NCBI GenBank assembly: GCA_976226885.1
Contig: OZ320313.1
Coordinates: 112,964,001-113,028,000 of the forward strand
Length of the DNA: 64,000 bases
Reading direction: 5' to 3'
Source of the DNA: Iphione sp. A-MEVVRFRX5
Taxonomy: Eukaryota
Shown here: in pieces, positions 12,963 to 26,200 of the stretch
Layout of the letters: every line of letters begins with the position of its first letter
Position numbering within the stretch: the stretch's first letter is position 1
Notes under the pieces: model-generated
Database searches by the model: none
Seen by the model: the letters and a program-made list of their open reading frames with translations, nothing else
Told to the model about the DNA's origin: nothing
Made by a program: the position numbers and the translations under genes

Positions 12963-15900
12963 AATCATCACACACCTCCTCCAGAATGTTGGCTTCGCTA
13001 TGGCCCTGGTCGTACTACACAAAAATCCCTCAATTTATTTCCTGGTGGATGATGTGCATATTATGCGTCTATGACGCAGATGTACAACACTCACATGGAC
13101 AGTAAGCCTTACTCTTAGGTCAACCCGATTATCCTTCTTTGATGGGCTGCTTAAACGTTATCCTTAAGCAACCTATAGGTCAGACTGTTTTGCATCTCGC
13201 TTAATCTTGCCCCTTTACACATTCTCCCGGTGTCCCATTAAATTTATCATAGACCCACACTAAAATATGCATCACGTTTGACGAAATGGCTATGATATCC
13301 AATATTTTGTAGCATGCTCACCTGTAGGTAATTGATGGGTGCTTTCAAGCAGACATCCTCTACTATCATAGCTACCTGTAGCTCTGGTAATCAGAACATG
13401 TTTATTTTCCACAGACAGATTACCCATCGTGTTTGTTCGTCATGTAAATGTAGTAAAACACTTGTATAGAAATGAAAAGAAAAAATGGTAAAAAGATACT
13501 GATGGCAGTGATGTGGAGAGGAACACCGGGAAATAATTATCAGATAGTAAATTTGGGAATTGGAAGGCTTTAATAAGAACTGTAATGGTTTCCATCATGG
13601 AACAAGACATGCTTCAGGTAAACGACAAGATTTTAATTGAATCAATAAGAGCTAATTTCTATTGCGGATACAGATCATTAATAGAAAGCAAACAAACGTA
13701 TGGCTTCGTCTAAACGTACTGTCATGGCTGAAGTTAAGCTATTAGGTTCATTTAAGTATTCATTTAGACAACTATCATGCAACAGAGAAGATACCCACTA
13801 GTGCTTCGACAGTCCTTTGAACGTTGAGAGGAATCAAGTGGCTGTACTGATTGGACTAATATCATTGCTTTCGTAGTTATAATCGTACTGTCTGAAAAAC
13901 ATATGAAGACTTTAACATACAAATCCCATTTTTCTTCTTGAAATGTTTTTACCAAATCAGTATCTATATACATGCCAGCCGTACTTTACGGATAGTATTT
14001 TATAGGCGTTCAGTTGATTCATAAAGTACCAAAGCAAACTGCTCTCCTCTCCTGCGCTCTCTACTTGCTCGTATATTATTATATTATTCGTATTGTAACA
14101 CGGGCCTGGTATGTGAGTGATAAAACACGGTGTGGCTGCTGCTTTCTGAGATGTAATAAAGAATGCAGACACAAAGAAATCTGGTTCACTCCAGATGCAA
14201 AACTGTGCTGGGTGTCTGTCTCAAAGTGCAAGGAGACAGTGTCTTTTTATTCAGAGAAAAGCCCTTCCATGTATAGCTGGAGCTCTCGGGGCGTTCGCAA
14301 TACATGGCTTCATATTAAGGGAATGCACTCTTTCGCAGTAACCAATTTAACAACCCTTTCAGATTTTGGATTCTGTTATTGGATTCAGGCATCGGATTTA
14401 GGGAGGTTTAACATATGTCCTATATGTTTTCATGGTGCTTGTGCGTTGTGCGAAAAATCCCGAAGAGGAACATGATGATATCAGACCACATGCTAACCAG
14501 ATGTCTCTTGCAATACTTTCCTATGGTATTACATGTTTATTTCCATGATAATCTGTCCTGTATGGGTACAGCGTAAACATTAGTGTTTCTCACGAGGCAC
14601 GTGAAAGAGCTAATAGATACACTCTTCGATACAGATCATTTTCAGGTCAACGGATCCATTACCATAATGCTTATAATTATAGGATAAGTGTGAAAACCCC
14701 CTAAGGTGAGTTTCACATGTCCATGTAGTCTTCATAGCGCATTGTGCGTAAATAATCATGCACCCAGGGAAATGCATACGGGTGCATTAGTTACGCTAAC
14801 AGGTGCATGTGAAGAGAGCAACCAAAAGTCTTGATTTGGGTTGTTACGCAATCACCAAAACGCATCCACTAGCATTACAAACGTATACGTGTACATGTTG
14901 AAACCGTCCTTTGAATCCGAAAACCCAGTTCCGAACAAGGCAAATAACGCAATTACTATACTAAAGGAGGTTGTGAGGACTACATCCACTACAGTATTAT
15001 GACGTTATATATACTTCTGAACTGCATATATATACATGTAGTATGCTGCTAACCCCAATATTGTGCACGTTTCTGGTATTTAAGACCTTCATATTGGAAA
15101 TGCGTCAGAATGTAATATTTCAGTAAAAATAAATAGATTCGGGTCAGAGAGCTAGATACTAACCATTGCTATAATCGATTCAGGTCAATAGGCATATCTT
15201 TTTATTTACAATGCAAATACGATGCATAAAGCAAATATGATAATATTTACATGAGACAATGCTATCGAGATGCCTGTCACTTGTCAAGAACAGATGGGCC
15301 AGCAAATGTTTCTATAATCTGTACATATAGGTGGAAGAAACACTGGCTGCATGTTTCGAGGTTACACGTAGATTTATAAAAAAAAAGGAGAAATGTACCT
15401 GTACAAAGATTCGTGCCTTATTGAAAGCGAGAATACATTCTACGTGAAATGGAATTTTCTGATATTATTTAACATCCAACAGGAATTTACCTGTATTAAA
15501 ATAAAGACATTAGAGAAATTATGAACGCATTAGACCTAATGAATTGTAATAAGCAGTTTAATCTGAAATGCATGATTCATTTCAACGAGTAGTTAAACCA
15601 GAAAGACGGCTATCCTAGTGAAAAATGTAGTGAGGTTAAAGAAGGACATGAGTAAAACAGACTTGAGAAGTTGTCAAGTTGGCTTCTAGGGGAAGGACCG
15701 CGGACCCGACTGCCTGGTGGCCTCAGGACATTAGGTTCATGTCGTGCTAGCCCGACGTGTCTTAACCCATTGACTCTTGCTGTAGTGAATTTGATCTTGC
15801 TGAAACGCTAACCTCCCTCCCAGCCTCCCCTCAACAATAATTTAATAATACCCCTTGACCTCCTCAGAAAGCCATGTCATTGCGTGAATTTCAGTGTCGA

Positions 15901-18900
15901 AGAAAGACCAAAAATGTATTCTTATTCATGTCAGAATTAATTGGCTCAAAAAATATTTTCAACATTAAACTGTGCTAAACACATTTTTTTGTCTTTGTTT
16001 TAATTTGGAGGTGGAGGGCCACCTGTTAACCCAAGGAATACCTTGAAAAGCAGTCACCATAAATGTTTGGTAAATTGAGTTTCTCATAGGGAGCCTGTAT
16101 ACGAAATGCTCATAGACTTTCCTTTAACTATCGGACCTGCTTAAACATTAAAATCTTAGATTCGGAATAACGTGACGTTCCAAATGACTAAATTTTATTT
16201 ACTCATACTTTGCTAGCCCCAAGGGAGCCTAAACGTATCTGTCGCTGGCGGAAGACGGCCGGCTCAGCTGGGGTTACACAGGTAATCTCGTCCTAGGGAC
16301 TTGGGGCGAGCCATGCCAGGCTTGACATAGTAAGCTGGCGCGAAGAGCATCCCTGCAGGGAGAAGCCAAGGAAACGCCTTCCCTCTCAGTAATCGCTGGC
16401 TGAGTCGGCCCTGCTGGGATCCAACACCTGCATTCGTCACCGACCGACGGCAAATGCCCCATATCCGCTTACGGCCCACTACCAATCCTAATGTAACTGA
16501 AATGGATTCTGACTTGACTGCTGAAAGATGGTAGGGAAAAAAGTCTCTGAAAAATATTGAACCGATATGACACTTCCCGAAACGCCCTTCTTTAAAATCG
16601 TGCATTCAGGTACAAGTCTGCGATTTCGTCATAACTAAGTGGGTGATCTATGGAGAAAGCAAAAAGAAATACCACTGATGATACAGCAGAATTAGAATGA
16701 GGCTCATGAGAACAAACGTAAGCCGCTTTCCAGAGATTTTCTAATGTCCCTTTCTCAATCCAAAAGCTGCTTCATATCCTTATCAGGGCCGTAACAAGGC
16801 AGGGGGAGGGTATCCGGCGCGTTCGCCAGAATAGCCTCCACCCCCCAACACACACGCACACTCGGAACTTTAGTTCCACCTAGATGGAAGAGACAGAATT
16901 CTATGTTGAAATACCAGGGTTTATCTGCTTTATATTACGCCTATTGTCATTGCACCACACAATTTTAAAAGAGAATTGATCACTGAATTCTTTAAAAATA
17001 TTCGTTATGAACAATACATTATAGTTACCGAATAATTCAACTTGAATCTGAAAGAACCCCCACCTCCATTCAGAGGCCTAGTTATGGGCATGCTTCTATT
17101 TATTACTACTGGAAAACGCTGTGAATACAATTTTTGTTTTTTCAAGCGTACATACATCTCAGCCATTTATTTCACGAATGGTTGGACCGTGTCAGGGATA
17201 TTGCATACAACCGCCTCCTGAAAAAAACGTTTTCTTTGCAAATCACTACCGACACTCCACAATTTGATGCACTCAAGCACAAGACAGCTACTAAAGGCAA
17301 GCCGGAAGCCCACAGAAAACAATCGATTTGATATTCATATGCATAGTCGACAAAATGGTGAGTGAATGTGCAAAAGACAGTGAACCAAAGGCAAGACAGG
17401 CACCGTGCCTTCAAAAATTAATGTATACACTGACGCTTGTCTGTTGAACAAGATTTGCAGTCATGGCTAGCTAGGTATGTCTAGACCGGTGTTGTATGCG
17501 ATATTAAGATACCGCACGAATGGGGGACATGGTGGAATACAAGGTGTAATAAATTGAGCATTCGGTCAAAGATTAAACATTGATTCCTAAATAAACGGAA
17601 ATGCATATCCAAAAGTTGGACACTGCCAGAATCAATCCCAGGGAGACGTAACGAGAGCATTAGCGTCGCCTATTCTATCCATTATTTCTGAAGAGTGGCA
17701 TCACTGCACGGCTGATATGGGAAGAGAATGAGTTTTATCTAACGCGATTTTTTTTAACGATTCGCCTCTGGCGCTGTCGTTGGACCACCGATGGCTTCCA
17801 CGGCCAACCATGCACCAAATCACACCTCTACTAACGTTAAGAGGGGGCGACGGGCCCCCGTTCGGAGCAGCTCTAAACACCATGGAAACACACATCTACT
17901 CGATAGCGGTGGGCGAGGACGTCGATCGACTGGCATAAAAACCAAACGCAACGACCGACGTTTACGACCGCAGACCGGTACGCGGTCGGCGTTGATCCCG
18001 TCAGGAACACCCGCCGGATGGCAGCAGTACTTCCGCTGTCAATGGCGTACGTACTGAACACAACCGTCTTCAAATAGCTGTCTCTTATATAACAATACTG
18101 GAAGGCCATGACACCATGAAACCCTACTCACAGTGCGTGTGCATGTATGGCGGCGTAGTTTATATCTTCATATTCCTCATTCCTCAGATAATCCTGGGTG
18201 TATATGATACCAACGGTTGATTACACTGGATGTGTACCTTATATATTAATTTACCATTTTCTGAGTTTATGTAAACCTTCAGGTTTATGTAGAATTACAG
18301 CCTCCTTCAATAAAGCGTTGTTATATAAGGGTCACATTTGGTTGAAATTACAGTTTTTTCCAATAACATGCTCTTAGATTAGGGTCATATGTAGATGGAA
18401 GCCTGCTGTATTAACATCATATTTGGACAAAATTACAACTTCTTCAATAATATCCTGCTGTACTAGTCTCATATTCGAACGAAATTATGGTCTTCTTCAA
18501 TAAATTAATTTGGTGTGTGTATGGTGTTAATATTAATATTTTAAATATGACCACCAAGAGTGACCACTCGGGCTGCCTCCGTCACTCGGGAGGAAAAGTC
18601 AGGTCTCATATTGCAATCATGTAGCTGCCCAGAAACCCGACGACTTTATTATGTGAAGTATTATGATTCACAGCTTATATGTTTAGTCTTAAATGACCGT
18701 GCATGATATGTTATACACTTTTGCCAACGTATTTATGATGACATTAGAAAACGAGTAATAAATTACGTGTATGTACTTGTATTTGACCAATGTTAGAAAT
18801 AAGACGAATAACAATCTCTTGTATTCCCATTTCATTTTTAATTTTTCAAAATATGATGCAGGTCCGTTATACAGACTGTGGTAGATGTGTATACCAGATA

Positions 18901-20286
18901 GAAATAAATAAATCAGTAGCTGCCTTTGTGTTCCTCTAGTTAACAATTCAAATTTCAAACATTTTTTTTCTCATCTCAATCGCTCACATACGAAAGTATT
19001 CACACGCTAATACACCGGAATAAACGCTGACGATTTGTTTGCTGATCGAGTACTAATGAGTGATTCCCGTTACACAGAACAACTTGAACCACAAATCAAA
19101 CAGAACCACATTTCAATCAAATACAAATGCGTGTACAAGTACATCAGTAACAAAATCCGTGCACACGAACCCCTCACACACAAACTGACGATGAAATAAT
19201 CCTTTCTGTCATTCTACTGCAGATACTCCCCACAAATTAAGCATCTCACAAGGCGTGAGAAGATTCAGTGGATGAAAGCTCAGTCAGCGTGCATTGATTA
19301 GTCCAAGCAATAAGTAAACCCCTAAGGACCGAAATGCTACCCCTTAAGTGTTGTTATCTTGGCCAATAGCATCACACTATTAACACTACGAAAGCAATTA
19401 GATGAGTAACCTCTGGTCAGATCGTGCGCGAACGGAATATACTAAGGCACAAAAGTCGGTGCAACCATTAACTGGAGTCCGTGCAATGCAAGTGAACTAG
19501 TTAGTTATATATTGTGTTAAAGGTGTGCCAAGTGACGAAAATTAAGGGGCAGGCAAATAACATCTGGTCAGCATGGGTTTACCTAGAGGTGGTGAAGACA
19601 ATCAGTTTTGATGCGGCAAAATGACAGGAAGAATGATTTCAACTCAAATGAAGTTGGGTACTTCTTACGCTTTGCTTGTGGATGAGGGCAAAAGTAATTA
19701 TAGGATTTGTCACTTTCAATTACAGGAGCTTCATGACGGGGCAGTAGGAAATGAAAGAATGAGGTTTGCTTTCTGCTCTGAGGTCAAACAGCGACACCTC
19801 CAGTCGACTGTCATGTCTCCAGTTCAGCCAAAACCAATGTGAATTTGTAAACAACCAAAAGAAAAGTAACACGTAAATTCGAGTGCAATAAAACAAGTCA
19901 AGAAACAGTCTAAAGGCACGAATAAACCATGAAGCTATATTATCTAGCCATGCACTTGCACTGTGCAATTTGTGGATGAGTAATTCATGATGTAAAAGCT
20001 AATGATAGTTGATGGGAACTAAAACAGACGGTGCGAAACAAATCCTGTCGGTGTCGGCCCTTTGGAGACTGGAATGTGCGGGCTTGGTTGTGTCACTGTA
20101 AAACACGTCCTGCTCACCCGATAGCTCACAAAAGAAGGCAGTGGTACAGTGATTGGACATGGCCCACCTGCAGATCCAGTATCAAGTCTGACGTACCCTC
20201 GGGCGGTAGGGAGCTGTGTGATTCTCCAATGGAATAACAGAACCCAAAAGTAAACCAGCTAAACATACTGTTGAGGCACTTCACAA

Positions 20287-20428
20287 ATGGTCGGCATGGA
20301 CGTTATGGCTTTCAGAATGAATTTTGTTTCTTCTCTTTTTACTAAACACGCAGCATTATGGTCGGCATGGAAGTTATGACTTTACGAATGAATTTATTTG
20401 TTCCTTCTCTTTTTGTTAAACACGCAGC
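20287..20428. repeat. Tandem duplication, about 71-bp period, 2 copies
   Basis: atggtcggcatgga...aaacacgcagc starts at 20287 and again at 20358. Confidence 0.85.
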
Positions 20429-22099
20429 GTCATTGTATTTCCTGGTAACGTATTATCCTCTTTAGGTTCACGGAACCTGAGATAATCCACACAGTGCCGA
20501 TACGGACCGTAATACTTTTTTGTTGTTTTTTTTTTAAAGAGAGAGATCAGGTACAGAACGTGTAAAACACGCTCTTCACATACACGCAATAAAAAAAACA
20601 GAACAGAGGAACGCAGGCCATACGTTCCCACATCAGCAGGAACACAAAACAAACGCCAATCTGCTATACATTTTGCAGATGACTGCAACATAGAAACGAT
20701 AAACATCTTTAAATGATGCACTTTACAGCGGGCAGAAATATCTACAATCTCCAATTCGAGTTTCTTTTGATCTAAAATTGGAATTCACCAGCGAGCTCTC
20801 ATTGTCTCGTTCAAAAAAAGATATAATAATTACATGCGTATAATTTTCAAGGACCAAAACATATTTAACCGGTGTAGAATTTCAGTAACGGTAAAATCAC
20901 GTCAGTAATTCATAAGCGCAATTCTTTGGTAGGCAGTAAAAATAATATCATCTGCAACATAGGGCATCGTCAATTTTAGATTAGCTGATATGTTAAAACG
21001 GTAGCATTAAGAGATTCTAAGTCATGTACATGTATTACAAAGACAGTAAATGCAACTGATGCAAGATATATCTACAGACAACATATCAGTTCCTTTCGCT
21101 TACCAAAATAGAGAACATCAACAATTTGTATTTTACGGCATATGCCATTTTAGAGTGCGATAAGAGCTAGTGTTAAGATCTGCACCATCTTATTCACTAA
21201 TATCTATTTAGAAGCGTTATAAATGAGGCTGCGGTGTGGCAGACCTGAACAGCTGCACACATTTCAACCCCCGGCTTAGCGTTACTACACTCACTATTGG
21301 CAGGAATTGGTAATGATCTCATAGACGGCTGGTGATAAAGGCACATGGGGGCCCGGACGAGAACAGACGGCGGAACGGCCGGTTCTCCCTTCGGGAGGTC
21401 GGTACCTAAGTTCCATCTTTCCCGTCCTGACCCTGGACGTCTGTTTACTTCGTGGATCCATCGATCACAGCAGGATCGGCGCATATGCGGTCGTCTACGT
21501 GACCGCGAACCCGACACGACAAAAGGCGGGCGGGGGCAGGTCGACTACATGGATGGATTCAGCCTGTGGGTGGACAGTCAGCAGCTTCGACAGGCGACCA
21601 CAGTTTGAAAGCCACATGAGGAATGGACGCAATGCAACCTGGACGTATCTAACTGCTCCAATTGGGACACAACCAAATATCGCGTGTATATATGTATGAA
21701 AAATCGGGTTGTGCCGGAGCTGGAGCATATCACCTCTGACATTCGTAAAATAAATTCAACGCCTGTAATATCAAATGCAAGAATGTAACCACAATGTAGT
21801 ATCGTATACGAACATTTTACAAATATTATGACTGGTAACTATATCATCGTTAGTTCAACTCGTTGCACACTGCACTGGTATATCAAAACATTTGAAATCC
21901 TTGCTATTATTAAGCAACAACGTCTCTTGGTCATCGAGTTAACAGTACATCTATGTACACCAAAGTTAAACATCAACGTTGTGTTGTTGTTTTTTTCATT
22001 GCACTTTGTGATTCTACCAACTACCTCTCTGCTAGCTACTGTCTTTTAATAGGCGCCAGCGCCGTCGTCGTCGTTGTCCTTCACAGGCAGCTGACGATG

Positions 22100-23284
22100 T
22101 CAGGAAGATGTCATTGTGGATGTCATCGTCGACGTCGGCGGTAGCCCCCCAGCCGTCGTGGGCTGGAAGCGCGACATGTAGAATTTACAGTTCGTGCAGT
22201 AGATATCCCCCGGTTCGGCCACCTTTTTGCTGCACAAACCACAGCGGGTCTGGTCCCCGTCGCCGTTGGTGCTGCTGGCCGAGGACGCCGTATCCTCGTC
22301 AAAGTCTGAGTCGTAACCGTTATGTTGTGCGCTGTCGCCATTTAGATCTGTTGTGCCCTGCAACGACGACAGCGGCGGCGGCGGCGGGAACGTCTCGTCC
22401 CCGTCCATTTCGTCGACGCCGCCATCTTGCCGCTCACCGCCGTCGCCATCGTCGTCTGCACCGGGTAACAGTTTTTGTGAGCATGCTCGCTTTCTGCTCT
22501 GTTCGAGTACTTTGGACACGTACTGGATATAGTCAATGCCTTGGCTATTGGCCACCTCCTCCTGGTCTACGACCAAGGCCACATTGTCTGAAAACGTCAC
22601 GCTTTTCCGCCGCGGTCGATTCTCTCGTCGTTTCTTTAGGGCCGACTTCGGCCGGCGCGGCTGCGAAGACGGCGGCGGCGGCCTCTCGCCGCCGGCCTCA
22701 CTGTCTGTGGTACTGCGGCCACCCCGAGACGACGTCTGGCTAGAGCTGTCCGCCTCGAAGGCCTTCGTCCGGCTAGCAACTAGACCAGGGGCCGCACTGC
22801 TGTCCACAGAGGACAGACTGGAGCGGTCTCCACCGGACGCCACCGCAGGTGCAGCAGGTACATCGGGGGCTGGTGCAAAGAAGGTGGTCAAGGTGCAGCC
22901 GGCCGGCGCGGGCTTCATCTTCATATTCTCCGGCTTCTTTTCCACGGCCGCCGCGCTCGACTCGAAGTTGGCCACCATGTCGCTGACCCGCCGCGGAGCC
23001 GCTTTCTCCTTCACCGGCTCCGCGCTCTGCGCCGCTGGCGGGGCGCCTGTCGACGGCTTCCGGTTCCTGGGCGGAGGTGGCGGTTTTTGTCGGGTGACAA
23101 TCTTTTGTTCGGGGGTCCTCGGTGGCAGGAGCTCCGGGGGCGGGGGAGGAAGTGAGTCGACGTCGGCGGGAGAGAAGGCCTCCGGCGGTGGTGGCGGTAG
23201 GCTGTCCGCTTCCTGTTCAGCGTGGGTGGTTGCGCTGGTCTCTCGACTGACGGCTGGGCCCGGGATGACCTCTACTGATGGCGC
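22100..23284 (-). CDS. USP54: USP54-like terminal coding exon (Pro-rich, RVxF motif, Cys4 knuckle, stop)
   Basis: Acceptor ttggtttttgtAG|GCG (phase 0). Open frame to TGA at 22100-22102 includes the supplied ORF 22100..23014; strongly GC-rich coding composition. Assignment to this gene rests on same strand, no earlier stop and a phase-consistent exon chain. Confidence 0.78.
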   Translation of the reverse strand, partial: APSVEVIPGPAVSRETSATTHAEQEADSLPPPPPEAFSPADVDSLPPPPPELLPPRTPEQKIVTRQKPPPPPRNRKPSTGAPPAAQSAEPVKEKAAPRRVSDMVANFESSAAAVEKKPENMKMKPAPAGCTLTTFFAPAPDVPAAPAVASGGDRSSLSSVDSSAAPGLVASRTKAFEADSSSQTSSRGGRSTTDSEAGGERPPPPSSQPRRPKSALKKRRENRPRRKSVTFSDNVALVVDQEEVANSQGIDYIQYVSKVLEQSRKRACSQKLLPGADDDGDGGERQDGGVDEMDGDETFPPPPPLSSLQGTTDLNGDSAQHNGYDSDFDEDTASSASSTNGDGDQTRCGLCSKKVAEPGDIYCTNCKFYMSRFQPTTAGGLPPTSTMTSTMTSS

Positions 23285-26200
23285 CTACAAAAACCAAAGC
23301 AAGAGCTCATTAATAAACAAGAAAACGATGAGAAAAATACGAAGACAAGTATATGGAATTCCTGTGTGACCGAGACCTCTTTCTCTACTTGGAACATAAT
23401 ATTTGTTATGAATGAAAAAGAAGCTGGTTAAGTTTAATAACTGTTCGAAGCTTAAAGTACTTGTACTGAAAGGCTGTACAATGGTAGCAGGTGCAACAAC
23501 TGGTTAGTGTCTGGCGAACCTTACTCTTTGTAACGAAACCTACACTATGTATCGTTAACTAGCACACCAACGTTTACCACCAAACACCCGAACTTTCTTC
23601 TTGTTCAAGCAGCACGACAACACCGTCTTGTTAGGATATAATAATCACACGGGAGCGGGGAAGGTGAGCAAGCAGTAAGAGTTCGACGGGGTTACAGCTT
23701 GGGTGATGATGCGTGGGTTGCTCAGCATGCGAGGGCAACGACAGGGGGTAATTGCGGGGATAAATCCTTCCCAGCAGCTCGCTTAGGTGTGACCCGACCC
23801 TTTATAGAAGTCCATCAGGCATGCCGTGGGAGGCGGATAAGCCACTGGCTCGGACAGCGACTGCTTCACAGAACAGCCACGACCGGAAAACCTTCCACCG
23901 GGATGTAGTACAACTGATCCGAGTCAATCAAACTGGGCGCGATATAGTTGCTGATCCCTCCTTCATCTCATGTTCCCCTAGGCCCTATCAATTCACCACG
24001 GCAAGTATAGAGTTATTACCTATGGTAAGGTACGACAGGATAGATCTCTGATAGCTAATAGACTTCTACTACGGGGGCGGAATGTCGCGTTTTTGTAGCT
24101 CGCCCCATATTACACAAATTCTCAGATAACGTACATGTCTTAGTATATCAAGAAAGCAAGAACTGTGAATAAAATGTTCTCTACAGTACCTGCCTCTATG
24201 TGCACGCTGTGGAAGCCGTAAACAAATAGTAGTGAAAGGAAAGCACTCGTGCTGGGCAAATATCAAACCCCCCCGTACAGCGTATTTTCATCTCTGAAGC
24301 TTGGATTGCAGTAAGAGAGGACGTCTGTCCGGCCTGCAGGATAGGACTTTTAGTGAGGATTGCATTACGTTTCGGGAAAACAACAAAAAATGTTATTTAA
24401 GTCTATTTTGTCTTTGTGTAGACCCTAGCTTCTACCTTCCACTCACTGGATAAAGAGTTTTTTTACTGACTGTCGCTACGACGGTTTCCCGGGAACTGCC
24501 AGGGACAAGAACACACCAATGGGACAATAAAAAAGGGGAGTAAAAGCCACACCAATTCGTGTCTCTAGTGTTAAGCTGGGCTGCCAGTGAGGCAGCACTT
24601 TTTTCGCGGCCGGGTGACTCGTTCCTAACTCAGGGAGGCTACATACATTTACATATAAGCCCATATGGCGAGATGGAATCGAAGCGGCTGTCCGCTGTCT
24701 CGTCATCTAGCCTGGCACTACACCTTCTCTATGACACTTACACAGCTGGGCCTAAACATGCCCGGGGCCATTTCATTCTGTGCATTACCAGCCCAGCCTC
24801 ATCTAGTTAGGTTTGGTAGGATGGGGTCAGGTAGAAGCGGAATCCCTCCATAATTTCTCTCCGTTTATTTTTTGCCCGCGAGGTCCCGTGGTGAATAGAG
24901 CCCATGCAAATCCCCTCTGTGCACTGAAAGCGCACCGTCACCGTGAGAAATAATCACTATGGCAGTTCGAGTAAACGATCATCCCGCCCCCCCGGTCCCC
25001 ACTACCGGGCTTATCAAGGTTAATGGCTGTCGTCGAAGAAGCCATGCTACCACTTAACTAAGTTGATTATTTATCCTCTCCAATTTATCGGTGCTGGTTA
25101 GCACACAGATCAGACAAGAAGAATTACAGCAAGAACTGAAGGCGGAGCAGCTACAGGAGCGTACGCTGGCTAGATGGGCCCGTCTGCCAGATAATTAAGA
25201 GCACTCCGACTCTAAAAAACCCGTGTCAACAATCGGCCTCAATAGCCTATAGATGCTGTTGCCATGACAACGTGGCACCTCAGGTGCGCCTTCTTCTGTC
25301 GGTAAAAGCACGGTTAATTTACTCCAGCAATTCCATCCGGCAAATGTGACACAAAGATGACCACGAGGGGGAAGTGTCTGCAGTTCACAAACAGCGGAAC
25401 TGAAGTTGCGGTGGTGGTGGCGGTGGTGGTATGTTGTGGAAGGGGAGACCTTCTATTTCATTGAAGTACAACGAACAGTGATTTGTAATAAACAAACATC
25501 ATCATATCCCGCGTATGGAATCGCCGGCTTTCGTCTTCCGCGAGAAGCGGCAGATGGGAGAGACAGGTGAGAAGTCACGTGACTCGACACAGATTGCGCT
25601 AGTTACTTTGAAGAGGACAGGGACGCCCACTCTCCAGGGCCAGACCCGCCTCGCCGGGCGACAGAGGGCGCCTCGAGAGCAAACTACAGCGCTATCTAGC
25701 GGCCGATTCATCAAACATCGAGCATCCCGCGGGACGCCCCAACCCCCCCCCCCCACACCCTCCCGTTTTCCGCGGTGCGTCAGGTGATCCTACTAAAAAC
25801 ATAAGCAGCCCCTTTTCCCGGCAGCGTTTGTAATTCAAACGAGCATTTGCCTCTTTAATAACGACTTTCCATCCAACAAGCTCGGAATGCTAGTTAAAAC
25901 CAGTTTATTTGAGGGACGTGCTTTCCTTTCTGCACCACAGTGAACCCCCCGCCCCTCCTTCTCCCGTCCCTGGCGACTCCTTTCACAGCTACTTGACTCA
26001 TTTCACGGAATGGGAAGGAGAACAGAGATCATTAACATACTGTGCTACAATGTCTTATGATTTAACAGACAACTCGCAAGCGACACACGTGGCAAACGCA
26101 TCTTTGGAGACATCAGAAAACGGACAAAAAATAGAAGCGTCAATGACAACAGGTACACGTCTACATGTATACGGTATATCACTCGCATCTGGGTTAGATA

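Noticed and set aside
14014-14475. 153-aa Cys/Trp-rich ORF
   Set aside because: No recognisable domain or splice context; neighbouring frames look like decayed sequence.
15762-15780. piggyBac-like terminus TTAA|CCCATTGACTC
   Set aside because: No matching opposite end nearby.
16784-17092. hAT-like MITE (CAGGGCCGTAAC...GTTATGGGCATG)
   Set aside because: Only 9/12 TIR match and no 8-bp TSD; a plausible old element but unsupported.
22108-23369. Plus-strand ORFs of 211 and 277 aa
   Set aside because: Antisense shadows of the GC-rich terminal USP exon.
24190-24206. 17-nt micro-exon that would also fix the phase 1-to-0 gap
   Set aside because: Contains an in-frame TAG in the required frame.
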